64,000 nucleotides of DNA from a virus (lineage: Duplodnaviria > Caudoviricetes), in the IMG/VR virus record IMGVR_UViG_2706796498_000001, positions 32,001 through 96,000 of that record. The stretch is one strand, 5' to 3'. The notes under the pieces are model-generated. The model ran no database searches, was not told where the DNA came from, and was given only the letters and a program-made list of their open reading frames with translations. The translations under genes and the position numbers were made by a program. Shown one piece after another: positions 27,601-37,763 of the stretch (positions within the stretch are counted from its first letter, which is position 1; the number at the start of each line of letters is the position of its first letter).

Positions 27601-29163
27601 TATATTGCCCAAGGTACTTTAAAGACAACTGAAAATATCATTGAAAAGCGGGTATATTCAGTTGATATTGTTGACCCGTTGGCCCAATCATTTACCATTG
27701 GTGAAACTCGTCAATTATCCTCTATTGACCTCTACTTCTATAAGAAGGCCGATAAGAGTGACACTGCTCACACTTCTGATCTAATTGTCCAAATTCGGGA
27801 ACTTTCAGATGATGGTTATCCTAACAACGTGGTTCGGACTAGTGTTACATTAACACCAGATCAGATTCAAGTTTCCGATGATGGGAGTTTAGGTACTCGA
27901 GTAACTTTCACCGATTCAGTTACTTTGACTGGTAATCGGGGTTATGCAATCGTCTTGATTTCTGATAGTAATGCTTATGAAGTGTTCTCGGCAACTAAGG
28001 GTCAAAAGGTTGTTAGCGCCGGAACCAGTGCTACGGTTTACAACACTAACCCGAATGCAATCAGTAACAAAGACCCGAATGCTACCGGTAAGAATGTCCA
28101 GATCTCCAATACAGTTACCGTATCTGTTGGTGACACTTTAACCTCGGCACCAAACTCAAATGGGGTAATGTTTATTTCTAACAACGCCCAAACTTGGACT
28201 GCTGATGGAACAAGCTCAATTAAGTTTGCGGTTAATGTATGTAAGTACCAACAGAATGGTGAGATTATCTTTGACCCGATTGTAATTGACGACTGGATCA
28301 AGTCTAGTGATACATGGGTAAAGGACTTAGGGGATAATCTTGATGGTAAGAGTTCTACTAGTAAGCACCAACTAACTGCCTTAGACCGGTTGGCCGCTTT
28401 AACCTCTTACTTAACCTACCAAAACACGTCCATGAATTGGTATATTAGGGTATTGCAAGGCAATGCTCCAACTTATTCAGGGGCCAGTGTAGCGACTGCT
28501 TTAGCTAACTGTCCTTGGTTAGCCTTGCCTGTAAATAACAATAATCAGGCGAAACCTTCGGCTACCAGTTCAAATGGGGTTCCAGCGGTTACTAGTGATG
28601 ATAGCATTCAAACGGTAGACGGCGAGGTAATCTCCTTTAAGAATACCTATGCAATGCAATTGAAGGCCGACTTTAACTCTGACGACTATATCGCACCTGT
28701 TTTAACAACAGAAGATCTATCATTAGTAGCGGTATTAACTGGGAAGGCCGCTAGTTATGAAAGTATCAATGTTGATGAAAGCGGGGACGCCGCCTTCAAC
28801 TATGTAAAGCTCCAGTATGACGCCTACATTCCGGAAGTTGGTACTGCCTTACCACAAGTCAACCCGATGTATTCAGTTGATGGTGGGGCAACTTGGTATA
28901 ACTTCCCTAGTGGGGGTGGAACTTCAAGCACTACGACCAAGACTAGCGCTACCAGTTCTACACCAACCAGTACCAAGGCACAGACAAACTACTTTACCCG
29001 TTATGTATATGAGGCGGTAGTACCGACTGCAACTGACCAAAACCATTTAGCAACACAGTTTAAGGTAAGGTTATACTTGCAAAGCCCTAACAATTTCCGT
29101 ACCCCTAGAGTGCGTAAATTAAGTTGTTACTTGCAATATGACCCAAGCAAGAAAGTATCATAA
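24661..29163 (+). CDS. Large baseplate/adsorption protein (DUF4815-like)
   Basis: PY..KF...K.F..VLFRPGRPA..QEL.E.QS, GADRLK, LAKRTYDQSGSF and DPLAQSF motifs. Confidence 0.8.
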   Translation: MATIDTSVLPYNNKFNRAKRFSEVLFRPGRPALSQELLEEQSIKNDQLNMLGSTVFAEGAVVSGMQVVPVATTASSTSNSQNLFSVATLSATNATLSTTDYVAKGNINFTSAANVSTDQSAMGFSVNVTKGLGLTIAFNVTKTTGILDKLNLDFDGSQLTLKKWTLDGVTMLNSSLTDMASANYNIDSNNNQVNINTTTAHKVVVVFDTLISGNTDLALYINAGYDNSNSIVGVVINNPMAVEGTTEKPYVISSKDTTTASSTEKVKNYKVTAGRVWLGGLVREFDEQTFSITGTGKETIGLSLNETIVTSADDKDLLDDTPGTVTNGLAGADRLKYQVVLTYNDNSAVDFVVFQDNVINQSEVRPDYTNITKILAKRTYDQSGSFRTEGFEVHPHLNSDSSKGAQDPMDANKILLDVDKGQAYVQGYSIATDSTTNLRVRIANDTGTTTNEGHYYKGDGSKYELINQPVKAVNGVSFTSRKTVTYTRPVGGGNLDTFTPDNVTYIRQVYDNTHQYTAGVDFTYVNNVIHWGQDLSGKSLAGANVPNQGQSYTVVYDYSTNAVQGTDYTVVTEGGTTYIDIDDSKGAKPVAGSTITVSYVYFEARIDMIRITMDNSNPFKIIEGQPAPLASVTPPVVNDPYSLELGYVLIYPNSHNAVFTMQTVTRQTFETLQQWGRRLTNTEYNLAIANMNQTVARSEDPSLMKDVLSDSFNTINNRDDANSTVAYDFENGEILLPSQAMADLTPTIDYDNSQVAIKGSSVAPKGSLVTPPYHEEVAINQPISTGTTNVNEFNIFSANGTLTINPASDNWIDTDSTTVTRETDAGKVSLNKWWYHTNGDVAVGRTGKTQSYADAISQQYQYSNLQGINWINEGLQTGYMLTDGGSTTTESAIEYMRQRTISFVAQNLPAFSDGYKITIDGVAALDPTPASDDYKGTNGAFKTNANGEIRGTFTIPGGVIRCGTRTVKIIDNANDQASTNYIAQGTLKTTENIIEKRVYSVDIVDPLAQSFTIGETRQLSSIDLYFYKKADKSDTAHTSDLIVQIRELSDDGYPNNVVRTSVTLTPDQIQVSDDGSLGTRVTFTDSVTLTGNRGYAIVLISDSNAYEVFSATKGQKVVSAGTSATVYNTNPNAISNKDPNATGKNVQISNTVTVSVGDTLTSAPNSNGVMFISNNAQTWTADGTSSIKFAVNVCKYQQNGEIIFDPIVIDDWIKSSDTWVKDLGDNLDGKSSTSKHQLTALDRLAALTSYLTYQNTSMNWYIRVLQGNAPTYSGASVATALANCPWLALPVNNNNQAKPSATSSNGVPAVTSDDSIQTVDGEVISFKNTYAMQLKADFNSDDYIAPVLTTEDLSLVAVLTGKAASYESINVDESGDAAFNYVKLQYDAYIPEVGTALPQVNPMYSVDGGATWYNFPSGGGTSSTTTKTSATSSTPTSTKAQTNYFTRYVYEAVVPTATDQNHLATQFKVRLYLQSPNNFRTPRVRKLSCYLQYDPSKKVS

Positions 29164-29169
29164 CTAATA

Positions 29170-29198
29170 AAAGGGAGCCTTGATAGGTTCCCTTTTTC
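29170..29198 (+). terminator. Intrinsic terminator
   Basis: AAAGGGAGCCT-TGAT-AGGTTCCCTTTTT. Confidence 0.8.
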
Positions 29199-29232
29199 GT
29201 ATATTAAATTTGAATAAGGGGGGATAAAATAA

Positions 29233-29823
29233 ATGGCAATTGCAGATGGCTACCACCGGTTAAGTCGGGTAGCGTTTAAACAAGTTGATGTAAATGGGAA
29301 TGTAATTGATACCTTTAATTTTGCTATCAATCCCCAAAATATCCAAGAACAGGTAGCAACCCGAACAAGTTATATCAATACTGCTCAATGGGGTAGTGTT
29401 CAGGAACTAGGGACTGGGGAACGTACAATTACCATTTCTGGGACAACTGGTTGGCGTCAAGGTTTAGGGTTTGAGGACTATAAAAAGTTACGGCTTTTCC
29501 TTACCGCATATACAGATTCTCGTATGGCACCTCCCGCAACGTCTAGTTTACGCTATCTTGAATTTTGGAACTATACTGATGAGTATTGGTACGATGTGGC
29601 AATTAGTCCAAATGGTTATTCTTTTACACAAGACGTTTCAGAACCAATTTTAGTACGTTATTCTATTACCATGATTGTACGAGGAAGATTAGATACTGCC
29701 AGTACAGATGATAAGTCGCAGACGTTAATTACTGATCCATATGCAAACAATAGTGGTCAATCTAATTTGTATTATTCTAATATTGGGTATACGGTTCGAC
29801 AAATGTTAAATGATGGGAAGTAG
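29233..29823 (+). CDS. Baseplate hub/tube-initiator-like protein
   Basis: F.FAINPQN and ITISGTTG motifs. Confidence 0.65.
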   Translation: MAIADGYHRLSRVAFKQVDVNGNVIDTFNFAINPQNIQEQVATRTSYINTAQWGSVQELGTGERTITISGTTGWRQGLGFEDYKKLRLFLTAYTDSRMAPPATSSLRYLEFWNYTDEYWYDVAISPNGYSFTQDVSEPILVRYSITMIVRGRLDTASTDDKSQTLITDPYANNSGQSNLYYSNIGYTVRQMLNDGK

Positions 29824-29831
29824 GTGAGTAG

Positions 29832-30401
29832 ATGGCGGTTAGTACAGCAAGTGTATTTCCAAGTATTACTTATAATCAATATTTATTATATAAGCTATTA
29901 AATGTAACTAATGATGATAAGGTTGTAATACCCGACCGTTACTTATCTGATTTTAACGGGTATGGGCAACCGGATTTATCAACGTCTCGATTACTATATC
30001 TGTTTACCAAAGTTACCAGTAGTTATCTACCAGTTAAGTTTACTAATACTTCATCTACCACTGGTCAGTTTGAAGAATACATTGAACAAACTCACTTATT
30101 TCATTCCCACCCGGGGGTTTATATGGTGTTAGTAGCTCAATATTTGGAAATTGTAGCTTTCAACTGGGCTGTGGTGAACCAAGTTGAATTAGTAAATGAA
30201 ATTTCTAAGGTAGATATTCAACGGATTCGTAAGAATTTAAATTTGTTATGTGATTGGTTTGGCGATCATCAAGATATAATGAACCGTGAAACTGATTATT
30301 ACGTGGATATTATTAATAAATTACGTAAGTTTGAAATTGATTTAGGTTATCTTGAAAATCGATTAGCTTATGTATTGTCCACTTATGGGTATACAAAATA
30401 G
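29832..30401 (+). CDS. Baseplate-module hypothetical protein
   Basis: Synteny within the baseplate operon. Confidence 0.55.
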   Translation: MAVSTASVFPSITYNQYLLYKLLNVTNDDKVVIPDRYLSDFNGYGQPDLSTSRLLYLFTKVTSSYLPVKFTNTSSTTGQFEEYIEQTHLFHSHPGVYMVLVAQYLEIVAFNWAVVNQVELVNEISKVDIQRIRKNLNLLCDWFGDHQDIMNRETDYYVDIINKLRKFEIDLGYLENRLAYVLSTYGYTK

Positions 30402-30410
30402 GGGGGTGGC

Positions 30411-31124
30411 GTGTTGTCAGTATACAAGCATTATGTAATCAAGGCTGGTGAGGACTTACGGGTGATTGCCCAAAAGTTGTATAATGATATAGATAAGTGG
30501 CAAACATTAGCCCAGCTAAATCACTTAAAGTACCCGTATATTGTATCTAGTCCAGAGGAACAACTTAAAGACCCAGACCATCTTTTAACTTGGGGCCAGA
30601 CTTTACTATTACCTAATAGTAATGATATAGACACTGCCAATTCAAACCTGATTGAAGAAAGTAACACCGCTCACTATAAGAATTATTATTATGATACTTC
30701 ATTGGGTATGGACTTAAAACTAAATATCTCAACTGATTCGTTATTAACAGAACAGTTAGGGGTATTACAGAGTGATGATAACGGGTATACCTTCGAGCGA
30801 GTATCTGGGTTAGCTAATTTACAGCAGTCTCTGATTTTAAGAATCCTAACTAGACGAGGAACCTTACTTATGCACCCTAACTATGGTTCTCGTTTGGTCG
30901 ATATGTTAGGCCAACCAATGAATGATAAACTGTTGAGTGAGGCGGCTGTGGAGCTAAGGCGAACCATTACAACTGATTCAAGGGTTGCAGATTGTAAGAT
31001 TACTAAAAGTCAACTCACTTATGATGAAATATTTATAAATGCTACTATCACCCCGATTAACTATGATCAGGCTTTTGACTTATATTTGTATCGTTCTAAG
31101 ACTGGGAATATCTCACTAAGATAG
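30411..31124 (+). CDS. Baseplate wedge protein (LysM-like plus gp25-like)
   Basis: HYVIKAGEDL..IAQK and NLQQSL..RILTRRGTL.MHPNYGS. Confidence 0.8.
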   Translation: MLSVYKHYVIKAGEDLRVIAQKLYNDIDKWQTLAQLNHLKYPYIVSSPEEQLKDPDHLLTWGQTLLLPNSNDIDTANSNLIEESNTAHYKNYYYDTSLGMDLKLNISTDSLLTEQLGVLQSDDNGYTFERVSGLANLQQSLILRILTRRGTLLMHPNYGSRLVDMLGQPMNDKLLSEAAVELRRTITTDSRVADCKITKSQLTYDEIFINATITPINYDQAFDLYLYRSKTGNISLR

Positions 31125-31135
31125 GAGGGAACTAA

Positions 31136-32692
31136 ATGGCCGTATCTGTCGATACCAATTCTGATACCGTAACGATTAGTACCAATGGTTTTGCTTTTAA
31201 GAAAGCAACTGATATGGTAACTGATCAGATTAATTATATTACTACGCACACAGATTATTTAAATGACTTCACCGAGGGTTCAATTACTAGGACTTTAATT
31301 GAAGCAGAATCAATTGAGATTGAGAAGCTCTATTACTATACCCTTGAGAACTTACAGGAAGCGATTGTAGACGGTTTGACAAGTGCCTTTGGGTTTGCTA
31401 AGCAAAACGCTACAACGGCTTATGGGGACGTTACAATCACACTGAACGCCCCTTTGGCTAATGCTTCAATTATTAACCGGGGCACTAAGTTCTATTCTAG
31501 TAATAGTGCCTATGAACAGGTTTATGTAACTAAAAGTGATTACACAATTCCAAAGGGAACCCAAACCTTTACCGTACCTGTTTACTGTACTGTTCAAGGG
31601 GCTTATGGAAATATCCCAGCCAATGTAATTGATTCTAGTACGGACGTAGGAAGCTATGCTAGTGTCACTAATAATCAAGCCTTTACAACAGGTAACGATG
31701 AAGAAACCACTGAACAAGAACAAGTACGTTTCCGTAAGATGATTCAGGCCATTGCTAAGGGTACTAATCAATCATTAGTTTATGCGGCAGAGAGTGTAGC
31801 TAATGTAGCCGGAGTGTATGAGTATGAAGAAACATATGGTTCAGTTATCTTATTCTGTCATGACGCTAACGGTAATTTAAGTGATGAGTTAGCCCAACAA
31901 ATTGCAGAGGCGGTGGAACCATATCGGCCGGCAGGGATTCGAGTAACCATTATGCCAACGCATAAAACTAATTTAGCTTTATCGATTGGGGTTCAAGTTA
32001 ACTATGAAACTTTACAAACGGACGACTTCTTAACTACTGTTAGTGCTACCATTCAAAACTACATTAATCAGTTTACCGCTGGTGAGAATATCTATATCTC
32101 TGATATTGAACAACAAGTAATGGATATTTCTGATACCGGGATTGCTGATACCAAGGTTAATATTACTGCCTATCCAGATGATATTATGCTTCAATATGCA
32201 ACTATCTCTGATGATTCAATGACTAATGTTAAGGGCACGATGATTAATCACCCTTATCTTCAACCGGTAGATATTACAGCTAATGACACCTACGGGGAAA
32301 TTGGGTTAAAGCGAGATCGCAAGGACTTTGCTTCTTCCAATGGTAACAATTGGCAACAGGCAGTTAGTTTAGATTCTGATGGTAACAAGACGATTGATCG
32401 TGGGGTTGAAATTGTAGATGTTTACCGTACTAACCCTAATGAATTATTAAGGGTTGGTAGCATTAACGTTCAATTCTATGAAGCTAATGAATTACAGGAC
32501 AACACAAGTATTCGGCGGACAGAGGTTACTTATCAAACAGCTAATTCTGAAACCGTTCGCCCAGACGGTGATTGGTCGAGTAATTATGTACAAACAACCG
32601 ATGATAAACCTTACTTATGGACAAAGACTACAATCTACTATGTAAATGGAAATACTAAAGTCCTGTATAGTGTTGTTGACGGGGTTGATTAA
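31136..32692 (+). CDS. Baseplate J-like protein
   Basis: DFTEGSITRTLIEA, G.YGNIPAN and FTTG.DEET motifs; extended C-terminus. Confidence 0.85.
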   Translation: MAVSVDTNSDTVTISTNGFAFKKATDMVTDQINYITTHTDYLNDFTEGSITRTLIEAESIEIEKLYYYTLENLQEAIVDGLTSAFGFAKQNATTAYGDVTITLNAPLANASIINRGTKFYSSNSAYEQVYVTKSDYTIPKGTQTFTVPVYCTVQGAYGNIPANVIDSSTDVGSYASVTNNQAFTTGNDEETTEQEQVRFRKMIQAIAKGTNQSLVYAAESVANVAGVYEYEETYGSVILFCHDANGNLSDELAQQIAEAVEPYRPAGIRVTIMPTHKTNLALSIGVQVNYETLQTDDFLTTVSATIQNYINQFTAGENIYISDIEQQVMDISDTGIADTKVNITAYPDDIMLQYATISDDSMTNVKGTMINHPYLQPVDITANDTYGEIGLKRDRKDFASSNGNNWQQAVSLDSDGNKTIDRGVEIVDVYRTNPNELLRVGSINVQFYEANELQDNTSIRRTEVTYQTANSETVRPDGDWSSNYVQTTDDKPYLWTKTTIYYVNGNTKVLYSVVDGVD

Positions 32693-34591
32693 ATGGCAAT
32701 TAAAGATAATTTACAACCCTTTTGGGGGTTTAACGTTCAAGGAATTACTAAGGACGATGGTTCAGCTAATGACGCTTTTATTAGTAGTTTACAGGGTGAG
32801 TTAGATAAGACAGAATTAGACCTATACAGTTCTAAACTAGAAACATATCTTGATACTGCTAATGGTAGATGGCTTGATTACTGGGGTCGTTGGTTAGGTT
32901 TACACCGGGATAACCGAAGCGATGATGATTATCGAACCGCTTTGATTAACCATGTTTTGCATGAACGGAACACAATTCCAGCCTTAACTAAAGCATTGAC
33001 TGATTTCTTAAAGATTAACCAAGATCATATCTACATTTATGAACCTTGGCGAGATATGTTTGTTTGGAATGCTAGTCATTATAATACACATAAATTTTTC
33101 ACTGACCCCTATTATCGCTATGCAGTAATTGATATTCAAATTGAAGGCCCATATGGTGATATTGTAAATGAGATTATCAATCTATTTCGACCGGCTGGTG
33201 TATATTGGGTCGTAACAAGTTTAGTCAATGTAATTAATAATACAGCACCGATTTTAGACTTGAGCTTACCAACCACTCAAATTATTGAAAGTTCAGATAC
33301 AGACTATGCTAACTTTACCCAGACTAATTCCGCCTATTTAAATAGTAAGTTAGATTTAGCAACCTATGTAGGAGATCCTTTTAACTATAATAAGGACAAT
33401 CTAAATGCGGGAAAACAGTATGCGACAAGCAACTCCAGTTATAACCCAGTAGTATATATTGGGAGTAACAAAGGAGATTATGATTCAATCATTGATACGA
33501 CTGGTGGTGGAACTAACCTAGCTACTGGTACTGATCAGGAATATACAATGGGTTTTGGGATTCCTAATACGACATGGGAAGACGGCTATGCTTACGAGAA
33601 GTTACCATTAAGTACCACTGGTACTGAAATTCTCCCACAAGATAGCTCACACTTCTATACCCTGACTCAAGGGACAACCTATACTCAAACAATATGGTTT
33701 GAAACTGATGCGAATGTCAAAAACTTGAGTGTGGCTAAAATTTCATGGTGGACACATGATGGACATGATTATCAACTGGCAAGCATTCAAAATCTAGGTC
33801 AAAATAGCTACAAGATTGTATCAACATACACGTGGCCGGGTAAAGCCGACAACAACGTGCGGCTGTTTGATATTAGGTACTTAGATTCAACTTTTGACCT
33901 AACCACAGGAACCTATTTGAAGTTTGGCAAGTTGAAGCTAGAAGAAGGTAGTGTTTCAACACCTTGGTCGCCTAACCCTTCTGATAGCGATTATGCTAGT
34001 TGGTTACAAGCTAAGCAACAGGCAGAGTTAACTATTACCTCACAAGATTTAAAGCAACAGTTAGGTAATCAAATTACTACTCAACCAACTTTGATTAGTT
34101 CAATTGATAGTCAAGCTAATTCATTTACCATTGACCAAACACAAACTAGCCTATTAGGTGGGATTGATCTTTTAGGTTACCTAACTGTATATAAGCAAGC
34201 AGTTAAATCTAGTGACCAGACCGCTAAACAGTTTATCTTGAATAACTTAGCTACTTCTAATACTCAACGGTTAGAACTGGTCCTACAAAATCAGGACAAC
34301 ATTGATTTAACCCAAGATGTTCGTTTAGAATTATATGACTACAATCTCCATCTTTGGGTCAAGCCAATTATTGAATATGAGGTTCATTCTGACTACACTA
34401 TTTTTAAGGTTAGCCTATCAAGTTTAGCCCCATATTTATCAGATGGGGGTAACTTCATGTTTCAGGTTTGGCCAACAATAGCTAATATCACTACTTTATC
34501 AGTTAATTACCTAGGGTATTTATTTAATGCCCCAAGTGATATAATTACATTAGCTAATAGTGCTGAAACATTCACAATGGAAACAAATTAA
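32693..34591 (+). CDS. Baseplate wedge/arm protein with inserted carbohydrate-binding-like module
   Basis: YLDTANG.WLDYWG, YIYEP and FRPAGV motifs; NLA.GT...PWSPNPSD module. Confidence 0.75.
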   Translation: MAIKDNLQPFWGFNVQGITKDDGSANDAFISSLQGELDKTELDLYSSKLETYLDTANGRWLDYWGRWLGLHRDNRSDDDYRTALINHVLHERNTIPALTKALTDFLKINQDHIYIYEPWRDMFVWNASHYNTHKFFTDPYYRYAVIDIQIEGPYGDIVNEIINLFRPAGVYWVVTSLVNVINNTAPILDLSLPTTQIIESSDTDYANFTQTNSAYLNSKLDLATYVGDPFNYNKDNLNAGKQYATSNSSYNPVVYIGSNKGDYDSIIDTTGGGTNLATGTDQEYTMGFGIPNTTWEDGYAYEKLPLSTTGTEILPQDSSHFYTLTQGTTYTQTIWFETDANVKNLSVAKISWWTHDGHDYQLASIQNLGQNSYKIVSTYTWPGKADNNVRLFDIRYLDSTFDLTTGTYLKFGKLKLEEGSVSTPWSPNPSDSDYASWLQAKQQAELTITSQDLKQQLGNQITTQPTLISSIDSQANSFTIDQTQTSLLGGIDLLGYLTVYKQAVKSSDQTAKQFILNNLATSNTQRLELVLQNQDNIDLTQDVRLELYDYNLHLWVKPIIEYEVHSDYTIFKVSLSSLAPYLSDGGNFMFQVWPTIANITTLSVNYLGYLFNAPSDIITLANSAETFTMETN

Positions 34592-34602
34592 GCGAGGTAA
34601 AT

Positions 34603-35142
34603 ATGGCAATTACAACTCAAGTTGGACATATTCAACAAGCAATCAATTTTATTAATAATCATAACCATCTCTATTTTGAGTTTGCTAAGGAAGCTGACTG
34701 GTCAGATTCTAATAACCCAGAAGCAGAGAATGAAACAACGACTTCTTTAACAGACCCTAAGGCATTTTTGAAGGTTGACCATCTTTATTTATGCTATGAC
34801 ACAAACACAACTACCACATCATCTACTGATACAGATACAACTATTACTTATAAGTCAAAAGCATGGTCAATTGTAGACCCTACTACAGTGTTACCAAGTA
34901 CAGGTATTCCAACCCAAGACGCTCGTTATGTTTGTTTAGTAGGAACTTTAGCGGTATCAGAACTAGATACGTTTAAGTACACACAAATTGGGGTTGTTGA
35001 CTTCCAAGCTGATTTAGATAGTCACGCCCTTTTAGCCAACGCTGTATCAAGTCCGGGTTCCCTACTTTTTTATGAAAATAGAATGCTAGAAACTTATACT
35101 AATACAAACTCAAAGGTAGTTAAGTATATGCTCAAGTTTTAG
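34603..35142 (+). CDS. Baseplate structural protein
   Basis: MAITT..GH, W.D.NNP and LLFYENR motifs of Twort-like baseplate proteins. Confidence 0.7.
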   Translation: MAITTQVGHIQQAINFINNHNHLYFEFAKEADWSDSNNPEAENETTTSLTDPKAFLKVDHLYLCYDTNTTTTSSTDTDTTITYKSKAWSIVDPTTVLPSTGIPTQDARYVCLVGTLAVSELDTFKYTQIGVVDFQADLDSHALLANAVSSPGSLLFYENRMLETYTNTNSKVVKYMLKF

Positions 35143-35156
35143 GAAGGGTGGTGTAT

Positions 35157-37748
35157 ATGAGTAATAGTATCTTTAATCTTGACCCCACGACACACCAAGC
35201 TAGTTTATCTAAGGTAAATATTGGTGCTAGTGATGATGCTAGTTTAATTGTCTTGGGTAAAGTTACTAAGGTTTACTACCACCAAGGAACCCTAGACTTT
35301 AAGTTGACTAGTGGGGTATCTAGTATTGTTGCCGATGGTAGTGGTAATGGGACTGGTAGCGCTCGGATTCCACTTGATTACTTTGGCCAAGATAGTGAAG
35401 GTCGTACTTATGGACACTATCGCCCTGTTCAGATTGGTGATACCGTGGCTATTGCCTACCTTAATGGTCATAAGACGTCACCAATTGTTATTGGGGTATA
35501 TGCACCGAATGGGGAACAGTATGAAGCTATCTCACCAACTCTATTTGATAGTGGTGATGATAAAGACAATTACATTGCTGAAACAGGTCTAGCAGAACAA
35601 CACGTTCACCATTCTGGTCAAATTAGTTATCGATCTGGTTCCGGTCGGCTATTTGAAAGTTTGAATGGTTATTCCTTTATGGTCATTGATGATGATACTT
35701 CCCAAGACTATTCAGAACTATATACTGACTTGTCCTTGGTTCCTTATTCATCAATTGATGGAAAGACCCATGACCCACAGAGGGAAAAAGCTGGGGACTG
35801 GTTACTTGTCCATGAAGATAACCCAAACGGATTAGACGTAGATAATCACATTACCCGGTTTTATGTTAATAAGGCCGGGGATTTTGAGTTAGTCTTTACT
35901 AACACTTCTTTTGCTGGAGTTTCTACCGTCTTACATATGGATAAGAACGGTATGCAACTTAACAAGTATATTGGCCATCAAAGGAAAAAGGCAGGTCTAC
36001 CTCGGGCTAGTGAAGAAGATCAAACCTATACTGCTGATTTTGATAGTGCCCCAACGACTGTTACTTTTGACCTAGGGAAAACCAAAGACGATACTATCTC
36101 TTTAAAGAGTTCCACAACAGCGGATTCCAAGGAGCAAGCCACTAATCTTGAGGTTCGGCCGGACGGGGTTTATATCAATGATGCTAAATTATTTGATTCT
36201 AACTCAAATAGCCTATCCGCTCTTGATATGTTCCTTGACGGTGGGGTCATGGACTTTAGCAAGATTACTGTTAAGAACTTTTCTGGGGATAACATTGAAG
36301 ATGGCACCATTGATGGCACCAAGTTAAAGGGTAAGACCGTTACTGCTGATAAGCTAAACATTAGTAAGCTGTCTGATATTAGTTCCAATATGGGAACAAT
36401 TACAGCAGGTTATATCCAGGTTAATAACGGAACAGCAGGTTCAACTGGGGTTAAAATTAGTGGGGACGCTAGTTCAGACCCCGACATTTTAACAGCACAC
36501 GATAAAGCCCAATTACAACAGCAACTCAATGCTTTATATTCACAGTGCCAAGCGTTAATTGACTATGGTACTACAGTTGGAATTGACGTTAGCGAACTCA
36601 AAACGAATGAAAACTCCCTAAAAAACTTAACCGATTGGATCTTTGAAACCGATGGTAATGTTAAAGTTGATCGAGTAAAGATTGATGACGCCATTACTAG
36701 CTTCACGGGTTTGTTAGAAACCTATCGGAGCAAGTTTACTTCCCAGTTAAACCAGAAGATTGGTGAAACTTCTAATAAGGCTAACTCTATCTACCAAGGG
36801 TCACAAGAACCAGATCAAGCTAACGTTAAAGAGGGCGACCTTTGGCTTCAAACTAACTCTGATGGTACTAGCAATATTATGCAGTATGACAACGGTGTTT
36901 GGCAGGAGGCTAACCTCAAGGGCTACCAAGACGCAAAGACGGCCGCTGAACAAGCCCAAGAAACCGCAGATAAGTTACCTCATAATTATTATCAAGCAAC
37001 CGAGCCAAGTGGTACCCAATACAATGATGGTGACTTATGGTATCAAAGTGTTTCTTCTACTAGTGATGGTAAGATTAAGTACAATATCTATAAGTGGGAT
37101 ATTTCTAGTAAGAGATGGGTGCAGTTAATTGATAACAACGCCAATGCTAACTACGTGGCTAGTTCCGCCCCTGCTGACCCTAGTGAGGGTGACTTTTGGA
37201 CAGATATCGATGGTACACTTCATCAATATAAATCAGGTACGTGGGTAACTGTCCCTACTCAAGGCCCTCAAGGTGTCCCAGGTACTCCGGGTGATGACGG
37301 TAAAACTTATTACACGTGGATTATGTATGCTACCGATAATATTGGAAGTAATATGAGTAGATCACCAAAGGGAATGACCTATATCGGATTAGCCTATAAT
37401 AAGGAAAGTCCTGAGGAATCCTCTATACCGACTGATTACACATGGTCAAAGATCAAGGGTGATCCCGGAGTTAGCCCAATTAATCTGGTTATTGAATCAT
37501 CGAATGGTTATCAATTTAAAAATGGTATAATTAATACAACTTTAACTGCAAGGCTTTATCAAAATAATGAAGAAATTGATAAAGATGGAACAGGCTATGC
37601 TTATGTGTGGTCTAAAACTAATGCAGATGGAACAGAGGATACTGCTTGGAATCTGGCTCATCAAACAAGTCAAAAAACAATTACTATTATGTATGAAGAT
37701 GTTAAACAAAGGGCCACTTTTGATTGCATAGCAGAATCACTTAATTAA
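35157..37748 (+). CDS. Central-spike-like tail protein with fibre-like C-terminal repeats
   Basis: N-terminal LGKVTKVYY..GTLDF...G.YRPV.IGD.V.IAYL.G.K..PIV (OB-fold-like); GDLW repeats; collagen-like GPQG segment. Confidence 0.65.
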   Translation: MSNSIFNLDPTTHQASLSKVNIGASDDASLIVLGKVTKVYYHQGTLDFKLTSGVSSIVADGSGNGTGSARIPLDYFGQDSEGRTYGHYRPVQIGDTVAIAYLNGHKTSPIVIGVYAPNGEQYEAISPTLFDSGDDKDNYIAETGLAEQHVHHSGQISYRSGSGRLFESLNGYSFMVIDDDTSQDYSELYTDLSLVPYSSIDGKTHDPQREKAGDWLLVHEDNPNGLDVDNHITRFYVNKAGDFELVFTNTSFAGVSTVLHMDKNGMQLNKYIGHQRKKAGLPRASEEDQTYTADFDSAPTTVTFDLGKTKDDTISLKSSTTADSKEQATNLEVRPDGVYINDAKLFDSNSNSLSALDMFLDGGVMDFSKITVKNFSGDNIEDGTIDGTKLKGKTVTADKLNISKLSDISSNMGTITAGYIQVNNGTAGSTGVKISGDASSDPDILTAHDKAQLQQQLNALYSQCQALIDYGTTVGIDVSELKTNENSLKNLTDWIFETDGNVKVDRVKIDDAITSFTGLLETYRSKFTSQLNQKIGETSNKANSIYQGSQEPDQANVKEGDLWLQTNSDGTSNIMQYDNGVWQEANLKGYQDAKTAAEQAQETADKLPHNYYQATEPSGTQYNDGDLWYQSVSSTSDGKIKYNIYKWDISSKRWVQLIDNNANANYVASSAPADPSEGDFWTDIDGTLHQYKSGTWVTVPTQGPQGVPGTPGDDGKTYYTWIMYATDNIGSNMSRSPKGMTYIGLAYNKESPEESSIPTDYTWSKIKGDPGVSPINLVIESSNGYQFKNGIINTTLTARLYQNNEEIDKDGTGYAYVWSKTNADGTEDTAWNLAHQTSQKTITIMYEDVKQRATFDCIAESLN

Positions 37749-37763
37749 CAGGAGGAATAAAGT

